A stretch of 64,000 bases of DNA from Vicugna vicugna (taxonomy: Eukaryota). The position numbers and the translations under genes are program-made. Numbering within the stretch: position 1 is the first letter of the stretch; each line of letters starts with the position of its first letter. Below the pieces are notes generated by a model, which made no database searches, had not been told where the DNA came from, and saw nothing but the letters and a program-made list of their open reading frames with translations. Location: positions 310,001 to 374,000 of the forward strand of contig MU058444.1 of the NCBI GenBank assembly GCA_013265495.1, read 5' to 3'. Positions 14,901-28,711 of this stretch are shown one piece after another.

Positions 14901-17900
14901 CCCCTGATGGTCAAGCCAGGCAGCCTGGCCACTCAGCTGACACAGGTTGACCCCAGCCTTTTCGTCCCTGTGGCCTGGAGGTGAGGCAGGACCTTGACTG
15001 AGTAGAGACAGGTCAGATCATCTTCAGTTTAGCCCCTTTAGAAATGAATGCATTTGAGGAACATTTTCAGTGAAGGCTGGAGAGAGCACGTCGGGTGTGA
15101 CGTGAGTCCCCAGCACGGTACCGCGGCCCCACGGCCCCACACCGTCTCTCCCTCTGCAGCCTGTCTTTGGAAGGAACGCATTCTGGACAAGAGCTGGAGG
15201 AGTTAACTTTTGTCAGGCCATCGCTGTAACATGAGCATCGGTCCTCTGTTACCCTGGGGACGGAAGCGCGGGCTCAGTTCCCGATCAGAGAGGTCACGTC
15301 TGATGTGCACGGACCGCTGCTCCGGCTTCTGATGTGGGAAGGCCTGTGCGGACCTGTCTGGCTTCCAAGCACGTTCATCCATCAGCTCTCATGTTGTATC
15401 CATTTTACACGAAACTATGGCAGGTTTCCTGGCACCTAGAGTGTTATCGAGGCAGCAAGTCTGTGCCCTTTCCCTCTGCTGCTGCTGAGGCGGGATCACT
15501 CAGGACGCAAGGAGCCCGGTCTTTCCAGCCCGTCTCACTCCCACTCACACGCACATGCCTCCCAGACCGGGAAGTGTGGCCAGTCCCACCTCAGGTCTGA
15601 GCGCGGAAGCCCAGCAGGACGGGCCAGCGCGGGGCCCTGATCGTCCGGGCCCAGCAGCCACACCTCTTGAGGGCCTCCTGACCTTGAACTGCATCTCAGG
15701 CGATGGTCCAGACAGCATGTCGTGTCTGGAGTCTCTGTGCAGCGAGAGTGGCAGGCACTGTGTGTGTGTGTGTGAACGTGAGTGTGCGTGCATGTGTGTG
15801 CACTCTGCCCCCAAGCCCGAACCCATGCTGTCGAAGCCCGCCCGCTCCTGCTTGGATGCTGTTCTTTCAAAATATTATAACTTTCTCTGCAACAGTTGAG
15901 TTGCACACATGACCCATCTGAACTGAAGCGCTGACCTGTTGCATTTCTCCGCCCTGAATCCATAGTCGTGTTAGTGGCCGTTGGTCTGCTTGCTGTGTTG
16001 GTTCTTTTCTGTCTTTTTCCCCCCATCTGGTAGTATCACATACTGTCAGTTGTACAGCACAGCTCTGTAGTCCAGAGCGGCACTTACTCGCGTTTTTTCT
16101 CCCCCAAATGGTTGAGGGGGAAATGTTTGTGCCACGTGGGTCACAGTAACAGATTCTGTGTGTGCTGTGAGGCGTTAAGTGTAGTGGACATTTGCAAATC
16201 AATGAATGTCTCTTGTTTTCTTAATTGTTAGCCGCTTGGAACTTTAGAAAAGTCAGGTAAACTTGCCGCCTTGTAAGTATCGTTCCGCCCGCAGTGGCAC
16301 CGCTGACTTCCATCCTGCCTGTCAGACGCATGCGGAGTCCCGTCGGCTGGCCGCTTCGTGTGCTTCACTGGAAAACATTGGACGTTTTCCTCTAAACTCA
16401 GTGTTGTGTTTTTGGTTTTGTTTTTTAATTTGACTGCATGGCCTGGAACTTGATTATGTTCTGTCTTTGTCAGATTTGTTCAGATGATTCTCTCTCGAAA
16501 GAATGCCTTTCTGAGAATTACATCTAAAGTTATTCAGAAATTCTGAATGGCATAACTTGGCAGCTCACCCACCTTCGTTAAATTCTGGTTTGTTGGCACG
16601 ATTCTGTCTCCGGTGGGAAGGCTCGATTCGCTGTATTCGCTACATGTGGCATGCTTCCGATTTTCCAAACAATGGACTTGTGTCTTGTTTGTCATCCTGT
16701 TGCTCAAGTTATGTATGTTTCTGGGATAAGGCGGTCCCCCCCCCCCAATCCTACTTTGGGTGGAGGGAAGAACTAAGGGGAAGAGGCTGGGCTGTGGCGT
16801 CATTCTTCATGGATAGACAGGAAGTGGGCATCGGTGCTCATGGGTGAGACGAAGAGAGCCAGGAACTTCCTGACACCTCCCAGCCGCATCTGGCCTCACC
16901 AGTCTGGACCACAAGGAGCTGCTGGCTGGACGAAGTGGAGCACGTGTCCAAGTCTGGAGTTCAGTCTTTTGTCTCCGTTAAGTCAAAACAAAAGGGACCC
17001 TCACTGCATCACACCTATCCAGCCAAATGAGACAGGGAAAGATTTGCAGGTCAGTCATCAAAGCTTCTCTTTGTCAAGCAGTCTGCAAACATCAAACACA
17101 GCCACAGATATTCAGGACATTCAGAAATGCCCGCAGGGTTAGTGTACTCATTTCGTGGAGAGCTTTCTGCCTTCCTATTAGCACAATTTAGAATTCTCTG
17201 GAGTAAGTTCCCACGGTGTCCTACAGCGAATTATTGACCAATAAAAGAGATCATATAAGCTAAAAGCCTAAACATGCTAGAAAGAAAAAAAAAAAAGCCT
17301 GTGTTTCAAGATGGAGAAGTTATCCCTGAACTTGAAAGAGGAAATAAGTCCTAAAAGAAACAGTTGATGGATTTGCCTAGTTGAAAATAAGGCTTCTGAT
17401 CTTCAAGACAATAGACAGCCTGGGGAGAGGAGCACATTTGCGTAACACGTGATGGATGTCTTTCCTCACTCTGTTAGAAATTCTTTCATCCCGTTGAGAA
17501 AAGAGATGTGCCCACTCTGGACAAATGGGCCAAAACTCAAGCAAAGACCCTCCCAAGAGCCAGTAAGTGATTCACAGGAGAAGAGAGAGAAATGGCAATG
17601 AACGTGAAATCATTACTTACAAAATGTTAATTCAAGCATTTTTGCCTATCAGATTTTCAGGATTTAAAAAGTGTAGTCATATAGCAAAGACTGGTGAGCG
17701 TACAGGGAAGTGCATATTATCTGGGAAGTATAAATTTTTCTGGCTTCTCTGGAAGGGAATGTGGTAATGTTATTAAGCCCTTTGAAAATGCGCATACCCT
17801 TGGATTCTGTAACTCCACTCGTAGGAATTTATCCCAAGAAAAAACAATTATGGATACACTAAGACTCACATGCAAGGTTACTTCTCACAGTGTGCATAGG

Positions 17901-18421
17901 AGCATCTCTCATTCCAGGCACTGTGCCGAGCGTGTACAGGGATGGTGAGCCCGTGCCAGGTACTGTCTTATCCCAGGTGTTATAAGAGTAACATATAATG
18001 TGCTTGTTTGTGTCTGATGGTCACAATAATTCTAGGAGGTGTAGGTCACTCATTATCAACATCCAACAGATTCTGAAACTCACACTCAGAGAGGTCAAGT
18101 AACCTGCCCAGGAACACACAGCAAAGAAATGGCACAACTAATGAGCAGTGTCTAAACTGGTGATGTGCTAAGTAATCTGTGGTACAGCTGAAAGAATGAA
18201 ATAACTATGGGGCCAGTAAAAATCCTGTTAGAAACATAATGACGTGGAAAGACATTCTTGACGACGTTCTGCGTGAACAAAGGTGCTGAGATCATAGTAT
18301 TGGGCCCAATTTTGTGGAAGTGTGGATGTATAACCACAGATGCACAGCATTTATACCTCAGAAGGTCAATAGTGATTATCCCTTTGTGGTAGGATTTGGT
18401 TTGAGTTATTTTTTCATCATG

Positions 18422-18457
<36 letters not shown>

Positions 18458-21400
18458 TGTGATTTTTGTTTTCCAGTCAACTAAATTATTTTTTTAAATC
18501 ATTCAGAAAGAAGAATGCTGTAGCTGTTAGTGGATATTTTGATGTCAGTGGCCCAGCAATTTGGGGAGTCCCAAAGCTGCACGGTTTCCCAAATATTTCT
18601 GAAGCAGGGAACCTTTGAGTAATATGCCACAGCCAGGGATGGGAAAGACAAAATTAGTCTCTGGTTTCTAAAATTGCACATCATGGTCTTTCTGTTCAAA
18701 TTGGATCGTGACCAGATTTTGCTTTATTGTACATTTTCCTTTCTGCCTACGAGATGTGGGTTCAGTGCTGTTACGAATGACACTGAAAGGAAGAGACAGA
18801 GGGAGAATGAAGGTTCCTTTGCGCTCTGGGCAGATGTCACAGAGCGGAGCATGGGCAAAGGTGCTGGTCCTGGTCCAGGCTTTCTCTCTGAATCGCGGAC
18901 TCTGTCTGATCATCTCCTCTAAGCTATTATCCTGGGGTTTAAGGGAGTTTAAAAATGTCAGCTTCCTACATAACTGCCAGTAAGTTGTTCAGCAGTGACT
19001 CTGCTGCCCGGAAGTTTGTAGTGATGGAGACGTGTTATCCTGCTGACCCCTAAGGAACGTGTAAACGCTGCCTCCTAAACCCCAGAGAGAAAGCCAAGTG
19101 ACTGACGCGAAACGCAGCGCGGAGCTCACGGCAGCCTTCACGACCGTGAACACAGAATATCCCTGTGATGCACCGTCGGGGAGACTGCATTCCAGGAAGT
19201 TCTGGTGCGTCCAGGGCAGAGCCGGGCCCCAGCACGTTTCAGCAGCACAGCCTGGGCTCGGGTTGACCGTCCATCCCTCGGACCTGGGACTCGCACTTCT
19301 CAAAAAACAGCAGCCGCGTTTATATGGCAGCAGCAATGAACCAGGTTCTGTGATGGGTGCTAATTACGTATGTGGTTTCTTTCCATCTAATGCTCATTGT
19401 GACTTTTGTGGAAGTGACATATCCGAACCCGAACCTACTGAACCTAGGACGGAGCCTGAATTCCACCCCAGGTCTGTGACATCCCAAAGCCCCCCTCCTT
19501 CCATCGCCCCGCTCTCCCCTCTGACGCCTGTAAAGAACTCAAACCACTGAACCATGGTTTCAGCCGCCTGATCGTCTTTTCCAGAAGCCCGAGCTTCACG
19601 CCCTCCCCGCCTGGCCGGCTTGGGAACGGGCCCCGTTGGGTGGTGTGAGTGGTCTGAGCGCCAGGGTCCAGACGGGCTCTCTGTTGGCCTTGTTTCCAAA
19701 ATATGGCCAGTGGCATCAGCTGAGGAGTGTCCCTCTCCCTCCCTTGACAGCCCAGAGAGCCTGGAGGCCCCCAAATGCAACTGCCTTCCTCCCCTGATGT
19801 CTCAAATGGTGTGAGATTGGAACGGAAAGGAAAAAGGAAAAATAAATAACCGACCGTAAACACAGTAGGCAGCGCACCCACTCCCCAGGGAGTCCTCGCT
19901 GTTTCCCTCAAAGGACTTCAGGGGTGTTAATGGGTCCAGGACTTTTATCGCAGTGACCCCTTTCAGACCCTCCTCTGACCCACTTTAATTCATTAAGGTT
20001 TTTGAGGAGATGGTATACATACCAGCAGGGTCCCCCCCCACAGTCAGCTGGGCAGCTTCATGACAAAGTGAAGCCCCTAATCACGGTGCAGCTTCAGCTG
20101 TGTACCCCCACCCCCGGGGCCTCGCTGTCCATCAGGGGATCAGGTATGTGAGTAACTGACACCCGCTTTGCCTCCCTGGAGTCCAGATAAACTCTGTCCC
20201 CAAAGCTGGGCTAGGATGGCAGGACGAGGCGTGTCCAGCCTCAGCTGTGTGCTGGCCAGGAGGGCCACCCTCATGGCTCGCAGACCCAGATGCTCACCCT
20301 ACCCCAGGATCTTGGCTCCCCCCCGGGGGTAGATCTTTGTTGGGACCGTCTGTGTTCATCACAGAGAATCTGGTCCTGTTGGTCCCCACACGATCCAGGG
20401 TGTCCAGGGTTTTGGTTCCTTTGCTTCTGTGATGTGAAGCTCTGTTCAGATTTTGTTGAAGGCCCAGGTCTCTCTGCCTCCTCAGGTGGGAGGCCCTGGA
20501 GTATTTTTCCACGGGTCAGAGAGGCATCCATAGCTCCATTCATGAGCCTTTTCCAGCAGCGGCTCTCAGGCCAGCGCGTGCGCGGCGGATGTGGGGCTGG
20601 ACCCGGCCTGTGGGACGTTGTGTCTGGGAGCGAGCCGTTCCTCCACCCTCTTGGGTCAGCTTTCCCGACTGTAGAACCCACAGCCAGTTTATGCAAGAGA
20701 ATCATTGAATTCTTTTGTGCTTAGGTGCTTTTTTCGGGAAGACCAGACTCATACAAAGCTCAATTTACTTTGAATTATTTACTTAAAAAAAATGGTAATC
20801 AGATCTGGTGTGGGTACAGATGTTGACATCTGCTTTTCGCAGTGGGTCACAGCCCATCAAATTCACTTTTTGCTGAAAGATAGTTGATTTTGCATTTGTC
20901 AAAGGGAAAATGAATTTACCCAATTAAGTTGTGAATGAACAAAGGCTGGGAAAAAACGTATGGTAGAAATTAATGCATTGTATCATCTATCAGATGCTTC
21001 TCTCTCTCTCTCTCTCTTTTTTTTTTTTTTTACTGTCGTGGGCAGGTCTTCCAAGGTGTGCATGCATGCATGTGTGTGTGTGTGGTGTGTGTGTGTGTAT
21101 TTGGTGTGTTTGTATCCTTGGCTTAACTTTGGAAACCTAGACTTCTGAAACTCCAAATTATTATTTCCAAACAATATTTGCCTGGACCTGTGTCTCCTGG
21201 TTAACGTATTTAAAAGGTGCAGTTGCATTAGGCAACACGAGAAAATGATTTTCTTTTCAGAATGAAATTGTGGAACTGCACTGTCGATCTTCTGGATTTA
21301 ATTTAGAACATGAATGTTGAATGAATGTGTTGCAGAGATTTTTATGAACTCCCTGGACCACTCGGTGCCCTGTATGCTTTACGTGGATCATCGTGGGTCA

Positions 21401-21533
21401 TCAGTGAGACTTAGAATCATCTGATATAATTTCCTGCATCCTTTTCTTGCCATTTGATGAACAAGATGCTCCAGTCCCACCCTTATTTCTCAGGACAACC
21501 TGGAAAAAAGCCGTGTTTTCTTTCCCATCGTAG

Positions 21534-21650
<117 letters not shown>

Positions 21651-22449
21651 TAGGCGTGTTCTGCGCTGCTCTGCTTGAGACAGAGAAACTGACGTCCACC
21701 CCCTCCAGCCTTGGCCGCCTCGCCTCCGCTCCCCTCGGAGACTAGATGCTGGTTGGTCGCAGGACCCCGGCCCTGGGAGGTCCTGGTTCTGGGAGCTGGA
21801 GTGACAGAGCCGAGGGAGTGGAGAAGGTCAGGGACAGCCAGCGCGCGGGGTCCTTTCCAGTTAAGGTGAGCACGTCTGGAGAAGGGCTTCCTGGATGGCA
21901 GTCCCGTGATGGGAGAGGAGGGCGCTGCCTGGGAATCGGGAGTCTAGGCTTGAACTTGGCTTTTAGAACTGGCTTCTGCATGTCATCATTGGCCTTGGAG
22001 TTTCCTCCTCTGAAATGAATTTAAACTAGATTCCAACCCGAGGTCTTGAGGTGCTCAGTCCTGGACTCTGAGCGCCCTGATGTTGTGAACAAAATTGTAT
22101 CTGGGGACGCTTCTCTGGTGAACAGATCTACGGCTGATGTGAGAATTGCCAAGCGGTTCGTAGTCTAAAAACTTGAAGGTCTGTGTCCCTAAGGTCACGG
22201 GCAGCGCCATTTCCCACGTCCTGGGTCGGAGGACCATGCGCTGCTCGCCCGCCGTCTCTGGAAGAGGCCTGCTCTTCACCTGCTTGGGGGGTCGGGGTGT
22301 TTCTGCTGTCCCGAACTCCTTCCTTCACCTTGGATGTCACTGCACTTTCCTCCTCGCCAAGCCTACCCGGGCTCTTCCTCCTACCTCTGGTCTCATCACT
22401 CACGCTTCTCTTCGCCAGGGAGCCTTCTCTCCATGATAACTGTCTGTTT

Positions 22450-22583
22450 ACCTGTGTGTGACCCTCCGACAGCCTAAGTTCCCTAAAGTTAGATGTTCTG
22501 GTTGCTGTGTCCTCGAGGGATTTGTCCCTTCCCGGTGCCTGGCACATAACAGATGCCAGGCAAATAGTTGTTGACTGAATGAA
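22450..22583 (+). mobile_element. L2 3' end
   Basis: gtgcctggcacataacagatg...aaatagttgttgactgaatgaa. Confidence 0.7.
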
Positions 22584-23827
22584 AATGCAAAAAAATGTTC
22601 GTTTTGCAGAATGACCAGCAGGCCACTGCGAGGTGCCTGGTCTCATCAGCTTCATTGCCAAAAGGAATTTAAAAAAGGCTTGCAGGCATTATATAGTTAG
22701 ATGGGGGGAGGGGGCAAGGTGCTAGAATCGGGGGTTCTAAATGGTAAATGCTGGTGATCTGAAGAGTGTTTGGGGGATGGTGTCCGATGTCTGGTTGGCC
22801 GCTCACTTAGGTCCGGCACGAACCACAATTGTTCACTCCTGCTCGTGGATTGTGGACAGCAGGGCTGGACTCTGGTGCTGAGTCGTGGCCTCAGGGAACG
22901 CTCACCTCTTTAAAGTTAATGCTTGTGGAACATCTTGGTTGACCAGAGGTCAGGATTGATGGGTGTTGGCCGCTGAAATTCTTGTTGGACCAAGTCTGAC
23001 AGGAGACATGCAGCTGGAGGAGGGCAAGTTCTGCCCAGAGCTCTCCCCGCCAGCAGGAGAAACTCAGTGACACCAAACCGGTCCTGGTTCTCGCCTCTCT
23101 GGGGAGTGTGGCTTTGCATCACTCATTCCGGAGCCGAAACGTGGCTCTGATGTCTTAACACTGTTTTACCTGAATGAAAGCCCCGTTCTTCCTCTCACAG
23201 AGGCAGCCAAGGTTCAGGTTTTACTGCACTTGGGCTGGGGTGCTGTCGTCCGAGTCAGTTAAGTGTGTCATTTAGTCCGTGTATGTGTAGATTTTAAGCT
23301 TATTAATATATTTAATGACTGCTAATTGAAAGTATCAGTATAGAAACTAATTAAAAAAAAAAAGACTTACCATGTCAGCTTCTTTGCTTACAGAAATGTC
23401 ACACCGTGGGAAATCACACCAAATGCACGAATTTCTGCCCCTCCTCTCAAGCATACAGAGATAGCAGGTGGCGCAGGGAGTCGGTGCCTTGGTTTCTGGG
23501 AACTTTCCTTGACACGTTTGATAGGAATGATTCTAGCAAGGATAACTCTAAAATGCCACTTGGAAACTGAGCCTCACGCCTCCTGGTACAGCAACAGAGA
23601 AGGTGTCTTGTATCAGCAGCTACCTACGGGCCCAGTCTGCAGTGCCCTTCACTCTCAGATGCTTCCCCAGGTGAACTCCCACCAAGGGCACCCAGTCAGG
23701 TATCAGAGCATCTTCTCGCAGTATTACCAAGACCAAATACTACAAACCGTGGTGGTCGTTAGGGAAATTGTGTGCACCTTGGAATTTTATAAACCAAGAA
23801 GTTGAATTAAGTTAAATTAAAAAGATT

Positions 23828-24790
23828 ACCAGATATCGCCTCAGACCTGTTAGAATGGCTTTTTATCAGAAAGACAGGAGATTTAACAAGTGTCAGCCAG
23901 GATGTGGGGAGAAGGGAACCTTTGTGCACTGTTGGTGGGAAATGGAAATTGGTGCTGCCACCATGGAAGATAGGGTGGATAGAACTGCCATATGATCCAG
24001 CGGTCCCACTCCGGGTATATACCGAGAGGAAAAGAAAATGGGAGAGTGAAGAGATGTCTGCGCTCCCATGTTCACGACGTTGACATTCACAGTAGCCAAG
24101 ATATAGAAACTGCATGAGCATCCGAGGGCAGACGAATGGATAAAGAAAGGGTGTGTGTGTGACTGTGTGGAGTGGACTATTATTCAGCTCTGAGAAAGTT
24201 GGAAATCCTGCCATTTTACGACAACATGGATAGACCTTGGGGCATTTTGCTCGGTGAAATAAGTTAGACAGGGAAAGCCAAATACTTTATGATCTCACTG
24301 ATATGTGGAATCTAAACAAGCCGACCTCATAGAAACAGGGAGTAGAGTGGTGGCTGCAGGGGCCGGAGGGTGGGGAAAATGAGAAGATGGTGATCAAAGG
24401 GTGCGAACTTCCAGCTGTAAGGTGAATTAGCTCCGGGGATCTGCGGTACAACACGGTGGCGCGCGCACACGCACGCACACACACGATGGTGATTAAGTGA
24501 GGTCACAGAGGTGCTGCTAAGCCCGCTGCCGTCCTCGAGTCACAATGCAGTGGTCCCTCCGTATCCACGGGGACTGGTTCCAGGACCCCCAAAGTTACCA
24601 AAGTGGGCAGACGCCCCATCCCTTACATAAGATGCCGTAGTACAGTCGGTCTTCTGTATCCACGGGTCCTGCATCCTCGGACCTGAGAGCCAACTGTATA
24701 CGTAAGTGTAACAAATCGTCACGTTATCCACCTTAAACTTACATGGTGTTATATGTCAGTTATATGTCAGTACAGCGGGAAAAAACATTA
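23828..24790 (+). mobile_element. Older L1M-type 3' fragment, interrupted by a Tigger-family MITE
   Basis: Diverged ORF2 end (gagaagggaacctttgtgcactgttggtggg, catatgatccagc, catggatagacctt) and 3' end (caccttaaacttaca...atatgtca). Confidence 0.8.
24548..24696. mobile_element. TcMar-Tigger family MITE (MER2/MER8/Tigger3-like)
   Basis: cagtggtccctccgtatccacgggg...ggttccaggacccc; ends caactg|ta; a second TIR-like copy starts at 24643. Confidence 0.7.
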
Positions 24791-25099
24791 AAAGGCAAAA
24801 CGCAACACAATGGTAGACGGTGGAATTCGAAGCAGCTACGGAATGAGATATGTCTCTGCACAGGGACCTGGAAGACACTCCGTGATGCGCAGGACAAGGA
24901 GCAAGTGTAGAGCTATCCACGGACCTCTAGTTTTTGTTTCTAGAAAGCCTTACCTATACAGAGCACTGAAATACTAAAGTAGCTCCCCTAGAAAAGGAAT
25001 AGAAACTTGAGGTTACTGGGGGCTTTCCCTTTAGATATTTTGGTACTGTTTACACTTTTTCACTGATTATGTTCTCTCACTATATATATATCTTTTAAT

Positions 25100-25330
25100 T
25101 CTTATTTTTTATTGACATGTCATTGATTTATGATGTTGGTTTCAGGTGTACAGCAAAGCAACTCAGTTATACATGTACATACGTATAAATTTACATCTAT
25201 TTTCAGATTCTTTTCCCTTATAGATTATTACAAGATATTGAATGTAGTTCCCTGTGCTGTACAGTAGGACCTTGTTGTTTATGCATTTTATGTACAGTCA
25301 TGTGTATCTGTTAATCCCAAACTCCTAATG
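25100..25330 (-). mobile_element. L1 3'-end fragment in intron 11
   Basis: ttcaggtgtacagcaaag...gttccctgtgctgtacagtaggaccttgttg. Confidence 0.85.
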
Positions 25331-27829
25331 TTTCACACTTCTTTACATTTTCACTTATTATGTTCTCTTTCTCTGTATATCTTTAAACATTTTTTTTCAA
25401 CAAGTGTATTTATTTTTATTTTTATCTTTTTTTTACACGTCTTTAAACATTTTTGAAAACTTTGGTTAAAACTAAAAATTCTAGTCGGAGGCAGTGAACA
25501 GACGAAGCATTCAACGGTAATTCACATCCAGCCATGGCCGAATTAGTGTTACGTTCACCCGCAGGCCACATTTAGTGCTAAGTACATTGGACAGAGCGGT
25601 TGCTGTCATTCAGAGTCAGAGGTGGGGAAGGCCACTGCAGGCCGGGTGGGTCACAGATAGCACTGGAAACTAGAGGGTCATGGTTTGGCTGCTCATTTGC
25701 TTTAGTCTTTGTACTGTTGATGTCAGTAGTAACCACAGGCGTTTTATTTCTGGAGGGAACGCGGTTCCAAATGGAACACAGAGATGTCTTCAGATGGGGC
25801 TGTGGCTTCTTGGGTTGGTTCTGTAGAACACAGAAGGTACCAGGGTAAAACCAAAAATGTATTATTAACTCGCTGGAAGGCAAGAATGTGTGTGTGTGTG
25901 TGTGTGTATGTTTTAAATTTTATTTTGTAATCTGTTTGCTGGCTTGTGTCTGGGATGGTTCACCCCAGAGGAACAGAGGAGTGTGTGTCTGTGTCTTTTC
26001 TCCCCAGGCCACAGTGAGTCAGCGGGAGGGCCGGCCCAGCCTGTCGCAGAGCCTCTGTTTGCACACTGTTTCCCTCTTGGACACCACAGGGAACACCTCT
26101 GTCCACAAGACACTGGTGAACGAGCTCGTGTGTGGTGTGTGCTTGGTCAGTAACAGCCGTACCCAGGCTGGACACCAGTGCTTGGCAGGAAAACCAGTAT
26201 TGGAGACAGCACGTCAGGCTTACATGGCTTGGTTGAATGTGATTTTAAGATGTATCACTGTGGAGTCTAGTAATTTATTTCAGCTTTTACTGTATGATGT
26301 GTCATCCATAGAAGCCGTTATTATTGATGCTCGGTTTAGCCTTTTAGTGATACCTTTGCTTTGGCGTTTAGGTGGGAAGCCGGTTTAATAGTCTGAGGAG
26401 TGTGATGACGGTGTGTTAATATCCGTGTGTTGTGCCAGCTTTCAGACCCTGATTTATCTTTCCTTCATGTTCCCGGGGGTAGACGTGCTGACAACAGATT
26501 TCCTGCCCCAGACTTTGAAACTTGAAACATTCTGGAGGATTGTTAGCTTAACTCCCTTAAAAAAACAAAACAAAACAAACAAGCAAACAAAAAACAGGAA
26601 CAAACTTTCTAAAGAAATTGCCCTTTTGTTCAGTAAAATGATAAAAGGGTTTGATGTACTTTACGCGTCCACCACGTATTAGTATGTTCTTAAAAAAAAC
26701 TCCCTGTCACAGCCTCGGGCAGATACTTGCCTTGTGTCTTTAACTTCCTTGCCTTCGAGTATGTGCGTGGCAGCCTTTGGGCAGAGGGCGAAGTGATTTG
26801 TATGAGCATTACGGACTTAGTCTTTCTGTCCCTGCAAAGAACCAGTACCTCAAGTGCGGGAGGTGGGGCTGTGAGTCACTGCTCCCTCGGCTCCCCCGGG
26901 CATCCTCATGGTAGAAGCAAGTCAGTGCACTGGCCTAATTCTGGGATTTGAAATGACCTATTTGTCCCTCCATTTGGCTCACATCAGTGAAATGCTGTAG
27001 TATTTCTAAGACGTGGAGTCTCTTCCAGGGTCCTTTAACAAGTGCAGTTCTCGTGGATACACTGACTTGAGAACCTAACTGAGGTACCGCAGTGTGTGCT
27101 CAGCACTGCACCCGGCGCCTGCGCGTGGGGTGGATCTGCCTTCACTGGACTAAGCGTTAGGAAAAGAAAATGTTTTCATCTCGATCACTAGCGCATTGGA
27201 AGTCTTTTGCAAAACCTATTAATTATCCTTACAAAACATTTGTTAGTGCATTTGTTGTAAATGCTCCCTACACATTCTTTGATCGTTTTGAACTTCATTT
27301 GTTCAAGTGGCTTCGCTGGCTTGTGCTTGCATTCTGCTTAGATTGGTTTTACAATCTCGGAGTCTAGCTTCTCTTCATAGCTCTGTGTAGGGTTCTAGTT
27401 TATTTTTCCTTACGTCTGTCTGTTCACAGTGGTGCACGTGTCTGAAAGGGCGGTGCGAATCTGTGGGTGAGGCATACAGGGAGATCTCCCATGTGTGTTA
27501 ACTCATGGCAGATGCACCGTATCATAGAAGAAGGAACCCAAGGAATACACGCTGTCATATAACTTCTTATCGAATTAAGGAGCCAGAGATTTCTTTTAAG
27601 AAAGTGTGCCTCCTGTTGTCATTAACAGAATGTGATTAGTTGATTACTCTTTAACTGATGGAGTCACTTCTAAGACTGACTTAATCCTCGGAGCCATCCT
27701 TAGAGTGAACATACTTGATCAATGAAAACCTTAGTTTCTTTAAACCTTAAATTCCTGGTGTCTGCAGAGGTTGGGTGGTTTTCAGAGTGAATGAGTAGAC
27801 CTGTATAAAAACATCGGGTTTTTACTACA

Positions 27830-28010
27830 GTTTTGCCCTTGGCACTGTGAGATTTGGGGTTGGATAAGCCCTTGCTGTGAGGCCGTCTTAAGCGTTCACT
27901 GTAGGATGTTTAGCATCCTGCCTGGCCTCGACCCCCTCCATAGCAACAGCATCCCCCAAAATGTCTGCAGACATTGCCAGGGGTCCCCTGGGGGCCCCCT
28001 GTTGAGATCC
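27830..28010. mobile_element. MER20-like hAT-Charlie DNA transposon relic
   Basis: tgtaggatgtttagca...ctggcctc...aaaatgtctgcagacattgcca...tcccctggggg. Confidence 0.75.
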
Positions 28011-28411
28011 TCCTCAGAGTCATCTTTGCCTCACACTAGCCCTGCTGGCGAGGCTGTTGTGGTAACAACTCTGGCTTCTGGGTCCTTCCACAATTACACT
28101 GTCTTTCCCTCTCCTACTCTTTAAATCGAAACATCCTAGTATGAGAGTAAATAGTGTGTTTTGTGATTTCCTCATTTTTTTGCCCTGTGGCCTGGAGGTG
28201 CTAATGGGACGGTTGATGGCAGAGAAGGGGGGCCCAGTGCCCGACTGAAGGGTCTCTATGTGAAGCCAATCAAGTGTCTTATTCTAGACATGACGTCTTC
28301 ATGCATAGTGAACCCAGTCCCAGGAAGCTCTTTTTAATTTTTTTTTCTGGTTTTGAACAAGAATTGAGGTAGTTACGAATTTTGAGATCCCGATGCCTCC
28401 TTTTGTTTTAA

Positions 28412-28711
<300 letters not shown>

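Noticed and set aside
16435..16530. Acceptor-like tctttgtcag at 16473 with an upstream TGCATG in intron 10
   Set aside because: The in-frame reading stops after 17 codons, and I found no convincing nearby donor or poly(A) signal.
21041..21051. Recursive splice site reading of cag|gtcttc
   Set aside because: The regenerated donor gtcttc is very poor and the intron is only ~8 kb; the microexon reading fits better.
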